Shown in pieces: positions 47,825-56,658 of a stretch of 64,000 nucleotides of DNA. The stretch lies in the NCBI GenBank assembly GCA_963662795.1, contig OY759746.1:1728001-1792000 (forward strand), given 5' to 3'. Made by a program: the position numbers and the translations under genes. This DNA is from Spirochaetia bacterium (GTDB taxonomy: Bacteria > Spirochaetota > Spirochaetia > CADAEX01). The notes below the pieces were generated by a model. The model did no database searches. It was not told the origin of the DNA and saw nothing but the letters and a program-made list of their open reading frames with translations. Numbering within the stretch: the stretch's first letter is position 1; every line of letters starts with the position of its first letter.

Positions 47825-49603
47825 TTATTTTTCAGCTTCTTCCAGTTTAAATTCAATATGCAGTTCTTTCATCTGTATCCCGGAAAGTTCGGATGGTGAT
47901 GAGTCAAGGGGGGAAAGGCCTGCCGTATTTTTGGGGAATGCAATTACCTCCCTGATGGAAGGCTCTCTGCACATCAGCATTACAAGCCTGTCAAGACCGG
48001 GAGCAATGCCGCCGTGCGGTGGCGGGCCGAACCTGAATGAGTCAAGAAGAAAGCCGAACTTGCCGGTGGCCTCTTCTTCCGAGAAACCTACGATACTGAA
48101 TATTTTTTTCTGTATGACCGGATCATGCACCCTGATTGAACCGGAGGCTATCTCATAGCCGTTAAGGACAAGATCGTAAAGATCTCCTTTTACAGGGCCG
48201 GGATCCTTTTCCATGGTATCAAGATACTGCGCCTGAGGCATTGAAAACATGTGATGGGCAGGGTCCCATTTATTTTCGTCCTCATTCCATTCAAATAAGG
48301 GGAAGTCGACAATCCAGACAAATTCGAACCTGTCCCTGTCGATAAGCCCCAGGTCGGAAGCGAGACGCGTCCTTACAGCACCAAGAGAAGTACAGGCTGT
48401 TTTCCAGTTGTCGGCTGCAAAAAGCAGGAGGTCGCCGGGCTGCGCATCAGCTCTTTCCATAATTGTGCTTTCCATATCTTTAAAGAATTTGGAAATGCCT
48501 CCGTCAATGCCGGATTCTGTAACCTTCATCCAGGCAAGGCCTTTGGCTTTATATATTTTTGCCGTCTCTTCAAGATCTGTTATCTGCTTTCTGGAATATC
48601 CTGCGCATCCCTTTGCGTTAAGGAATTTGACAAATCCGCCGTTTTCAGCAGCTGCCCTGAATACAGAGAATTCAGAATCCTTAACCAGGTCTGTCATGTC
48701 TCCCATCTGAAGGTCAAAACGGAGGTCCGGTTTGTCAGTGCCGTACAGATCCATAGCCTGATGATATGTAAGCCGTCTGAAGGTCTGCGGAAGTTTTACA
48801 GCGAGTGTTTTTTCAAAGACATGGTTCATCATCCCTTCCGTAAGCGAAAGGATATCCTCCCTGTCGACAAAGCTCATTTCTATATCAATCTGGGTAAATT
48901 CAGGCTGCCTGTCGCCCCGTGCATCTTCATCCCTGTAGCATCTGGCTATCTGAAAATATTTATCAAATCCTGACACCATCAGAAGCTGCTTGTAAATCTG
49001 CGGCGACTGCGGCAGCGCGAATGCTTTCCCCGGATAAAGCCTGGACGGGACAATAAAATCGCGGGCCCCTTCCGGTGTAGTTTTGATAAATGTCGGGGTT
49101 TCTATTTCGTAAAAATTTCTGGAATTAAGATATTCCCTTACAGCGAAAGCTGTTTTGTGCCTTATCGTGATATTCCTCTGCATCCTCTCTGTCCGGAGGT
49201 CAAGGTATCTGTATTTGAGGCGCAGTTCTTCCCTGGCTTCTGCCTCTCCGTCTACCATAAAGGGGAGGGTGTCGCAGGTTGAGTGAATTATTATATCGTC
49301 TGCCGATATTTCAATTTCACCTGTACTCATATCCTTATTGATCATATTATCAGGCCTTTTTCTTACAGTGCCTGATACTGAAATACAGTATTCGAATTTA
49401 AGCCGTGAAGCTGTTTCTTTCAGTTCTGAAGGTGCATTCTCGTCGATAACAATCTGGGTTATTCCATAGCGGTCCCTGAGATCCAGGAAATGTATCCCGC
49501 CGTGATTTCTGTTTTTGTAGACCCATCCGCTTAATAATACTTTAGCTGAACCGGCGGAAGCATTGAGCTCTCCGCATGTGTGTGTGCGTTTTAAAAATTT
49601 CAT
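47825..49603 (-). CDS. aspS: Aspartate--tRNA ligase (possibly non-discriminating Asp/Asn)
   Basis: RTHTCGEL, HGG..F.DLRDRYG, RYLDLR, TPEGARDF, LPQSPQ..KQ, RQPEFTQID and PPHGGIA.GLDR. His in NHGG is typical of non-discriminating enzymes. Confidence 0.97.
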   Translation of the reverse strand: MKFLKRTHTCGELNASAGSAKVLLSGWVYKNRNHGGIHFLDLRDRYGITQIVIDENAPSELKETASRLKFEYCISVSGTVRKRPDNMINKDMSTGEIEISADDIIIHSTCDTLPFMVDGEAEAREELRLKYRYLDLRTERMQRNITIRHKTAFAVREYLNSRNFYEIETPTFIKTTPEGARDFIVPSRLYPGKAFALPQSPQIYKQLLMVSGFDKYFQIARCYRDEDARGDRQPEFTQIDIEMSFVDREDILSLTEGMMNHVFEKTLAVKLPQTFRRLTYHQAMDLYGTDKPDLRFDLQMGDMTDLVKDSEFSVFRAAAENGGFVKFLNAKGCAGYSRKQITDLEETAKIYKAKGLAWMKVTESGIDGGISKFFKDMESTIMERADAQPGDLLLFAADNWKTACTSLGAVRTRLASDLGLIDRDRFEFVWIVDFPLFEWNEDENKWDPAHHMFSMPQAQYLDTMEKDPGPVKGDLYDLVLNGYEIASGSIRVHDPVIQKKIFSIVGFSEEEATGKFGFLLDSFRFGPPPHGGIAPGLDRLVMLMCREPSIREVIAFPKNTAGLSPLDSSPSELSGIQMKELHIEFKLEEAEK

Positions 49604-49720
49604 GGGAATTAATCTATCATTAGAAAACAACATGTTCAAGCTGTTGTAATGATTGGATTTTAGCGGTATTTTTTATATATAAATTCAAAAAAGTAAAATT
49701 AAAACATGGAGATAAGCTGC

Positions 49721-50479
49721 ATGAATAAGCACAGTAATCCGCCAAAGTATGTAAAGATAATAAACTGGCTTGAAGAGCAGATTAAAGAGGGAGCAATAAC
49801 TGTTGGAGGCCGCCTGCCTACCGAAGAGAGCATAGCGGAAAAATTCGGATTCAACAGGATGACTGTAAGACAGGCTATAGATGATTTTGTAGTACGTAAA
49901 ATGGTTACAAGAAGACGCGGCCACGGCTCAACCCTTGTCAGAAATACCCCTGTGGAGTATATATGGCAGTTCAATAATATCCTGAGTTTTACGGAATCAA
50001 TGGAAAACAGCGGAATCAGTGCCCGTACGGAAAGTAACAGGATCGAAGTAATTGAAACGCCTCAAAAAACAGCAAAACTCCTTAAACTCACCTCCGGCAG
50101 CAGGGTTCTTCATACGCTGAGAACAAAATACGCGGAAAACGAACCGGTCTGCATTGAAAGCAGTTATCTGCCGTACGACAGATTCAGCAGGCTGACAGAT
50201 ATGGAAATCACCGGTTCCCTTTACAGAACGCTTGTGGAAGAGTTTGACACACATCTTGTAAAGTCAATCCAGTATTTAAGTTCAGTTATTTCCGGAAAGG
50301 ATGAGATGAAAATATTCGGCTTTGTTAAGCCTCAGCCGTGTCTGATGGTTGAAAGTCTTTCTTTTGATTCAGGCGGCAGTCCTGTTGAAGTCCTTTATTC
50401 ATGCTTCAGGGGAGACAGATACAGATTCAGGATTGAATCAGGGGAATACCAGTACCAAAAAAAACAGGACAGAATATAG
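49721..50479 (+). CDS. GntR family, HutC/PhnF subfamily regulator (UTRA domain)
   Basis: PKY..I, RLPTE..IA..FGFNRMTVRQAI, SFTE, SLY..L and FRGDRY motifs. Confidence 0.9.
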   Translation: MNKHSNPPKYVKIINWLEEQIKEGAITVGGRLPTEESIAEKFGFNRMTVRQAIDDFVVRKMVTRRRGHGSTLVRNTPVEYIWQFNNILSFTESMENSGISARTESNRIEVIETPQKTAKLLKLTSGSRVLHTLRTKYAENEPVCIESSYLPYDRFSRLTDMEITGSLYRTLVEEFDTHLVKSIQYLSSVISGKDEMKIFGFVKPQPCLMVESLSFDSGGSPVEVLYSCFRGDRYRFRIESGEYQYQKKQDRI

Positions 50480-50511
50480 TATCCTGTCCTGCCGTAATAA
50501 TAATAAAGTTA

Positions 50512-50817
50512 TTATTTCAAATAACCTGTGTAGTAAACCTTTGCCTGTCCAAGCGGTTCCATTGCTGCTGTATACATTTTCTTTTCCATATACTGCATAC
50601 CAAGAAACTGGATGCTTTCCGCTCTTCCCCAGTTGCTATTTTTTTTATCAAGACCAGCTGCAAGACATTTTGCCTGCAGATCCTGTACTTCTGCGTAAAG
50701 AGCTTTTGCTTCGGCTTCTTTCGGATCAGCAGCCGCTGCAGGTGCGCTTGATGCACATGCAACAAACATCATTCCAACAATGGCTACAAGAACAACAAGA
50801 AATAACTTTCTTTTCAT
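50512..50817 (-). CDS. Small hypothetical lipoprotein
   Basis: MKRK, hydrophobic core, FVAC lipobox and Ala-rich linker; GAGGAGG RBS. Confidence 0.8.
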   Translation of the reverse strand: MKRKLFLVVLVAIVGMMFVACASSAPAAAADPKEAEAKALYAEVQDLQAKCLAAGLDKKNSNWGRAESIQFLGMQYMEKKMYTAAMEPLGQAKVYYTGYLK

Positions 50818-51029
50818 AATTCCTCCTCTTAACAATTGAAAAGCTATCAATTTGATAAACACAACCAAACTGATTATGTATGTCAATTAACAGTAAATTA
50901 ACGCCTTTTGTAAATTATTACTTGAAATCATTTTTTTTGCAAGTAAAAATTTCTCTCAAATGTTAAAGAAATAAAATAATCTAATAGTAATCATAAGATT
51001 TGCTATTAGATGTCCAGCTATTATAAGTC

Positions 51030-52181
51030 TCAGTACTTAACCGGGACTGAAACACCTATTGATTTAAGCGCATCTTCAAGTACTTTGAAGGCGTCTTTTA
51101 TATCTGCCGGTGTCAATGCGCCCAGGTTGCAAACCCTGAATGTTTCGAGATCAGCAATTTTTCCGGGATATATTGTTACTCCATGTTCAAAAAGATAATC
51201 GTGTATTTTTTTGAAATCGAATTTCGGATCTTTTGGATACATAATTGAAACAACAAGACCGGTCTGTTTTTCAACAGGAAGGATATCCCTGAAACCGAGT
51301 TTTGTCATCTCTTCCCTTATGACTTTGAATCCGTCCATAAACCTTTTATATTTTGCCTGTTCCCCTTCGGCGAAATGTTCCTTGATTCCCTGCTGCAGCG
51401 AATAGATAATCTGTACAGGGGGTGTAAAGTGCAGCTGTTTGTTCTTTTCAAAGAAATCATACTGTCTCCAGAGATTTGTATAGTATGAACGCGCCTTGTA
51501 GTTCTTTGTCTTTTCAATTTCTGATCTTTTTCCAATGAGGAAAGAAACTCCGGTAAAAGCATTCATCCCTTTCTGTGAAGATGCCATACAGAAGTCGATG
51601 TTGTCATCATAAACATTCATCGGGATAATTCCGTAGGTTGATGTTGTGTCAGTTACAAAAACAGCATTGTATTTATGGGCAAGCGCTCCCCCTTCCCTGA
51701 TCGGGTTGCAAAGGCCTGTTCCTGTTTCCTGGTGTACCATGTAAACCAATGCGACATCCGGGTTTTCTTTAAGCGCTTTTTCAACAACAGCCATGTCGGG
51801 AAGATCCGTAACATCAAATTTGACATCGACAACCGGGATTCTGCAGTAATTACATACGTCAACCGCCCTCTGGCTGTAAGCTCCGTTGTTTACAACAAGA
51901 ACTTTTTTTCCGTCCGGCACGAGTGAACTGATGGCGACATCTATGTTGATTGTTCCTGAACCGGCATAAATAACTGCTGCATATTCGTTTGTTTTACCAT
52001 GCACAACCTTTACAAGGTCTTCGGAAATTTCCCTGACAATTTTTGCGAAAGCTTCTTCCCTGTGGCAGATGTCATCCTGAATAAGAGCGGCTTTTACAGA
52101 TTCTGTTGTAGTTGAAGGACCTGGATTTAAAAGAATAGGTCTTTTTACTGTTTTGCAAATCTTTTGTTCCTTAAGTACCAT
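51030..52181 (-). CDS. phnW: 2-aminoethylphosphonate--pyruvate transaminase-like class V aminotransferase
   Basis: ILLNPGPSTT, DICHRE, NGAY..R, HQETGTG..NP, SSQKG, FTPP and IYPGK motifs. Confidence 0.8.
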   Translation of the reverse strand: MVLKEQKICKTVKRPILLNPGPSTTTESVKAALIQDDICHREEAFAKIVREISEDLVKVVHGKTNEYAAVIYAGSGTINIDVAISSLVPDGKKVLVVNNGAYSQRAVDVCNYCRIPVVDVKFDVTDLPDMAVVEKALKENPDVALVYMVHQETGTGLCNPIREGGALAHKYNAVFVTDTTSTYGIIPMNVYDDNIDFCMASSQKGMNAFTGVSFLIGKRSEIEKTKNYKARSYYTNLWRQYDFFEKNKQLHFTPPVQIIYSLQQGIKEHFAEGEQAKYKRFMDGFKVIREEMTKLGFRDILPVEKQTGLVVSIMYPKDPKFDFKKIHDYLFEHGVTIYPGKIADLETFRVCNLGALTPADIKDAFKVLEDALKSIGVSVPVKY

Positions 52182-52329
52182 TACATTCTCCTTCGTTTAA
52201 TGATAACAATAAAATGATAGCAATAATAAATTGAATAACTGTATTCTAACATTAGCAGGATAATAGTCAATCCCGGCTATGCTGATATTTAATATAAATT
52301 TATCTAAAAATGATTTATCATGAAATATT

Positions 52330-52346
52330 GTTATGATCGTCATAAC
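52330..52346. promoter_or_regulatory. Palindromic candidate operator between phnW and the TRAP genes
   Basis: GTTATGA-TCG-TCATAAC. Confidence 0.35.
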
Positions 52347-52479
52347 CTGCCGGCTGTTAATAATAAAAAAAATCAAAAGAGAGACTGCCTGTACTGAAAA
52401 AAGGGGCAAATATTGTTTAATTTAACCGATTTAGGGCTCTCGGCAAAATAAAACTGCGAGAAATGCATGTATTATATAA

Positions 52480-52564
52480 AATGGAGATATTAAATATATT
52501 AAAAATCAATTAAAAAATAGTTAAAAATAGTTCTTGACAAAACATGGTAATAGCGCGTTAAAAT
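52480..52564 (+). promoter_or_regulatory. Promoter block A (duplicated at 56244-56328)
   Basis: AT-rich block ending CTTGACAAAACA; TTGACA (52534)-19-TAAAAT (52559). Confidence 0.55.
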
Positions 52565-52632
52565 AGTAATACTCACGGGTTAATGATATAGCTATCAGAT
52601 GTGTATTAAAAACACTCTGGCGGGGGTTAATT

Positions 52633-53622
52633 TTGCATAAGGTAATTATGCCGGCAGTGTGCCTGTTTTTATTTATAATTCAATACGGTCTGCCGGAAGG
52701 GCAAAATGAAGCTTCCATGTCTTCAGGCTATAATGCTGTAATGGGTTCTTCCGGATTTGAAAGCAGCTGGTATCCGACAGCCTCCAGAATTTCCGGGGTG
52801 TGCATGAAATACAGCGATACAATAATTGCTGTTCAGTCATCGGGGGGTGGAATAGAAAACATAAACCTGATGCGAAGCGGTAAATATGATTTGGGGATTA
52901 CGGAAGCCAATGTCATGGTTTACGGATATAAGGGAATAAAATATTTTGACGGTAAACCGTACCGCAGGATGAGGTTTGTTACAAATCTCTACCCTGTAGT
53001 TTTTCAGATGGTAGTGCAGAAAAACAGCGGTATAAACAGTGTTTACGATATGAAAGGGAAGACTTTTTCGCCGGTTAAAATTGATAATACGGATATTGGG
53101 GAAGAAAGCGCATGGAAGGAAATATTTGAAGCAGCTTTCAATATCAGCGAAAAAGAAATTATATGGCATCCACTTTCTGATGAAGAAAGGGGGATGGCTT
53201 TCAAGGCGCTGATTGTTGATGCAGTCGGTTTTGAAACATCCTGCCCTTCCGGATCTGTCCTTGAGACATCGGCCAGGATGCCTGTAAAGATTCTTTCTGT
53301 CGGCGGAATGGAGAGGAAGAATCTTGTCAATAAATACGGCTGGTATAAGCCCTGGACAATTCCTGCCGGAACATATGCAGGGCAGAAGACAGATGTTGAA
53401 ACTGTCGCAGTTGACGGTGTAATAATTTCAGATGACGGAGTAAGTGAAAAGGTTGTGTATGATTTGTTAAGGACCCTTTATGGAGAAGGCCTTGATTTAA
53501 TCAGATCTGTCCATGAAATGTCATCGTACATTAATCTTGATAATGCGCTTTCGGGGAAAGGGTCTGTACCTCTTCACCCGGGAGCTGAAAAGTATTACAG
53601 GGAAAAAGGGTTAATAAATTAA
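52633..53622 (+). CDS. TAXI family TRAP transporter solute-binding protein
   Basis: SSGGGIENINL, LYP...Q.VV...SGI, IPAGTY.GQ..DV.T and VPLHPGA.KYY.E motifs. Start codon uncertain. Confidence 0.85.
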   Translation: MHKVIMPAVCLFLFIIQYGLPEGQNEASMSSGYNAVMGSSGFESSWYPTASRISGVCMKYSDTIIAVQSSGGGIENINLMRSGKYDLGITEANVMVYGYKGIKYFDGKPYRRMRFVTNLYPVVFQMVVQKNSGINSVYDMKGKTFSPVKIDNTDIGEESAWKEIFEAAFNISEKEIIWHPLSDEERGMAFKALIVDAVGFETSCPSGSVLETSARMPVKILSVGGMERKNLVNKYGWYKPWTIPAGTYAGQKTDVETVAVDGVIISDDGVSEKVVYDLLRTLYGEGLDLIRSVHEMSSYINLDNALSGKGSVPLHPGAEKYYREKGLIN

Positions 53623-53650
53623 CCGTGAAGTTTGATACTTCAGATTTTTG

Positions 53651-53697
53651 GTCGTCGGGTTTGGGTCTTGTGGTTTCCAGTCGTCGGGTTTGAGTCT
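53651..53697. repeat. 18-bp direct repeat, 2 copies, 29-bp period
   Basis: GTCGTCGGGTTTGGGTCT (53651-53668) and GTCGTCGGGTTTGAGTCT (53680-53697). Confidence 0.6.
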
Positions 53698-53880
53698 ACA
53701 GGTATTAAAACTTCAAATTACAGATATATGATTGAAAAACGGTTTTTATTTCAATCAGGTTTTAGTAATAAATGTTCATGGAGGTATCAAATTACCCTTT
53801 TGTGGGCAGTTATTTATTCAGGGTCTTAATTCTTTGGTTCAAGGAAATAAATATTTTTGAAAAAGAAGGATAATTAACTA

Positions 53881-56103
53881 ATGAGCGACGAATTATTAAA
53901 TCTTAACACAGCTGGGATGTCGGAAGAGGAAAAGCTGGAAGCTCTTGAAATTGCGGAAAGAGCTAAAAAGATTGAAAAGGAAACTTCCGGACACAGGGAT
54001 ACCGGTGCACTTGGACTCAAGATAATTGCAGCAATTGCAATTGGTATGAGTCTCTTTCATCTTTACACCGGGGCATTTGGGCTTCTTATTGCCTTAAGGC
54101 AGAGGGCAATTCACCTTTTGTTTGCCATTATTATCTGTTTGCTGAAATTTTCAGCAAACAAGAATCAGGGGGCGGATAAGGAACCATGGGTACCTTACGT
54201 TCTTTTGGGAATTGGTATCTGGACTTCTGTTTTTCTTTATCTGCAGAGTATTGGCGCCCTTACCAATGTTATTGCAATAGTTTCATTTATTGTGATTTTC
54301 GGGCTGCTCTTTTATGCAAGGATGCTAACCCTTAAAAAGAGAATTAAAATCGGAAAGGCATATGAGTCTTTGCCAATGTGGTATGATTACATCTTTATGG
54401 CATTTGCGATAATAGGATGTTCCTATATTGCGATCTATGTTGACAAGATAATGGAAAGAGCCGGTATTGTAATGCTTGTTGACCAGATTGTAGGATTTTT
54501 CCTGATCCTGACTGTTCTTGAAGCTACGAGAAGGTCTATCGGACATACACTTATGATTATAGGTGTACTTATGCTTATTTACAGCAGGTTCGGATTCCTC
54601 TTTCCCGGAGTTTTCTGGCATCCCGGGTTCCAGGTTTCAATGATCATAAGGCATTTTATCCTTACTGACTCAGGACTCTGGTCAACACCTCTTGGAGTAT
54701 CATCAACATTTATTTCGATGTTCCTCCTGTTTGGCGCTGCACTTCATGCATCAGGGCTTGCGGAAATTCTCCTTAAAATAGCAAGAGGTATTTTCGGAAC
54801 CATGGTCGGCGGCCCTGCAAAGATGGCAGTTGTCGCAAGCAGCCTTTTCGCAATGATAAGCGGTTCTTCAACTTCCAATGTTGCAACAACCGGTATTGTT
54901 ACAATACCGCTGATGAAAAAAACAGGTATTCCTGCGCATCTCGCCGGCGCCACAGAAGCCGCGGCATCAATGGGCGGACAGATTACTCCTCCTGTAATGG
55001 GCGCAGTTGCGTTTATTATGGCAGAGTTTTTGGGAGTCAGCTACGTTGTTGTTATGGCAGCGGCGGCCCTTCCAGCTGCGCTTTACTATTCTGCTGTATA
55101 TTCAATGATACATTTTGAATCACACAGGATAGGCGCTATTGGACTTAAGAGAAGCGAAATTCCGCCATGGAAAAAAGATGCGCTTTACGGCAGCTATCTT
55201 TTTCTCCCTGTAATTGTTCTTGTATATATGCTTATTGACGGTTACACACCGATGAGGGCAGGGTTTACATCATTTATACTCGCGATCGGATTATCCATGA
55301 TAAAGAAAGATACAAGGCTTGACTTTAAAAAGTTCGGTCATGTTCTTGCTTCAGCAGCGCAGACATTAACTGTTGTTGCAATCCCTTCAGCTGTAGCCGG
55401 TTTTGTTGTAGGTACCGCGACCCTTACCGGGCTTGCGCCAAGAGTATCCGCAGCGCTTGCAATCCTCGCGAAGGACAGTCTCCTGCTTACCCTGATTATT
55501 ACACAGGTAATGTGTCTTATCCTCGGCATGGGTGTGCCGACAGTTGCGAACTATATTCTTATGACAATTCTTACCGTTCCTATAATGCTCAGGGCAGGGG
55601 TTGAGCCGATGGCTGCGCACCTTTTTGCTTTCCACTTTGGAATTATGTCTGAGCTTACACCTCCGGTAGCAATTACATCCTATACGGCATCGGCGATCGC
55701 GGGAGCCAAGTTCTGGCCCACTGCGTTTGCGGCAGTCCGCCTCGCGGCTGTTGCCTATATCGTTCCATACCTCTTTGTATTCAACACCAACCTCCTCCTT
55801 GGACAGCATCCGTTTACATTCATGACTATTGTAACTATTATCACAGCTATTGCAGGTGCGGTCATGTTCGGAGCGACAATGGCAGGATATCTTAAGCGGA
55901 AAATGTACCTGATAGAAAGGGTTATACTTGCGATGGGTGCAATTCTTATGATCCGCCCAAAGCTGGTGCCGACCCTTACCGGTATCGGTATAATTATCCT
56001 GGTATTTGCAGCACAGTTTATTTATAAGAAAAATCCTAAAAACTATGTTGTACCTGAATCTGTTAAAGCAAGAATGGCAGAAAAAGAAGCTGCAAAAAAG
56101 TAA
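53881..56103 (+). CDS. TAXI-type TRAP transporter fused 4TM/12TM permease, copy 1
   Basis: LEATRR.IG, GGPAKMAV, SGSS..NVATTG, EAAAS.GGQITPPVMGA, LGMGVPT and TPPVA motifs. Confidence 0.93.
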   Translation: MSDELLNLNTAGMSEEEKLEALEIAERAKKIEKETSGHRDTGALGLKIIAAIAIGMSLFHLYTGAFGLLIALRQRAIHLLFAIIICLLKFSANKNQGADKEPWVPYVLLGIGIWTSVFLYLQSIGALTNVIAIVSFIVIFGLLFYARMLTLKKRIKIGKAYESLPMWYDYIFMAFAIIGCSYIAIYVDKIMERAGIVMLVDQIVGFFLILTVLEATRRSIGHTLMIIGVLMLIYSRFGFLFPGVFWHPGFQVSMIIRHFILTDSGLWSTPLGVSSTFISMFLLFGAALHASGLAEILLKIARGIFGTMVGGPAKMAVVASSLFAMISGSSTSNVATTGIVTIPLMKKTGIPAHLAGATEAAASMGGQITPPVMGAVAFIMAEFLGVSYVVVMAAAALPAALYYSAVYSMIHFESHRIGAIGLKRSEIPPWKKDALYGSYLFLPVIVLVYMLIDGYTPMRAGFTSFILAIGLSMIKKDTRLDFKKFGHVLASAAQTLTVVAIPSAVAGFVVGTATLTGLAPRVSAALAILAKDSLLLTLIITQVMCLILGMGVPTVANYILMTILTVPIMLRAGVEPMAAHLFAFHFGIMSELTPPVAITSYTASAIAGAKFWPTAFAAVRLAAVAYIVPYLFVFNTNLLLGQHPFTFMTIVTIITAIAGAVMFGATMAGYLKRKMYLIERVILAMGAILMIRPKLVPTLTGIGIIILVFAAQFIYKKNPKNYVVPESVKARMAEKEAAKK

Positions 56104-56127
56104 ACCGGATTTTTTTGACTCACAATT

Positions 56128-56154
56128 AAAGGGCCGCTTAGCGGCCCTTTTTTT
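56128..56154 (+). terminator. Intrinsic terminator
   Basis: AAAGGGCCGC-TTA-GCGGCCCTTTTTTT. Confidence 0.88.
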
Positions 56155-56243
56155 GCCTTTTGTATTTTACAGTCATTGATTTAAGTATTTAATCTTATTC
56201 CGGAATCAGCATCCTGTAGCGGGATGATGGATATATTGTGTTT

Positions 56244-56328
56244 AATGGATATATTAGATATATTAAAAAATAATTAAATTTACGTTAAAAATAAGACTTG
56301 ACAAAACAGGCAGACAGGACGCTATTAT
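56244..56328 (+). promoter_or_regulatory. Promoter block B, paralogous to block A
   Basis: 53 of 65 ungapped identities (counted by eye) to 52480-52544; TTGACA (56298)-19-TATTAT (56323). Confidence 0.6.
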
Positions 56329-56658
56329 GTAGATATCCAGGGAGAACTGCGGTAATAATTTCTTTTTAAATTGTGACATGGGTTAATTCATTATGTTCCT
56401 TTGCCTGATGTCACAGGGAATTGAATTTTATTCTGAGTTTCAGGGAAAAGGTCCTGTGCCGTTTACCCCTAAACTCATATAGTTTTTATGAATAAGGAAA
56501 AAAAGAGCCGGGGTTATAATACCTTACTGTCTTAATAATATAATTTTAAATAATTCAAATCAGGAAAAATATCTCATATCCGGAAAAGTTTACTTATGAA
56601 AAAAGTATTCTTTGGTTCAAAGAATAAAAATAAATGCCAATAAAAAGGAAAGGAAATA

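Noticed and set aside
53651-53697. Mini CRISPR array
   Set aside because: Two 18-bp units with an 11-bp spacer, and no cas genes.
53632-53829. 65-aa ORF between the SBP and permease genes
   Set aside because: TTG start without RBS, no recognisable motifs, and it spans the repeat; probably spurious.
56372-56470. Riboswitch upstream of TRAP permease 2 (TGTGACAT/ATGTCACA inverted repeat)
   Set aside because: No recognisable aptamer consensus or expression-platform terminator; an Rfam scan would be needed.
56500-56535. Fifth GlpP-type leader (AAGAGCCGGGG)
   Set aside because: Lacks the full GAGAGCC motif, the upstream GGC..GA element and a terminator stem with U-tract.
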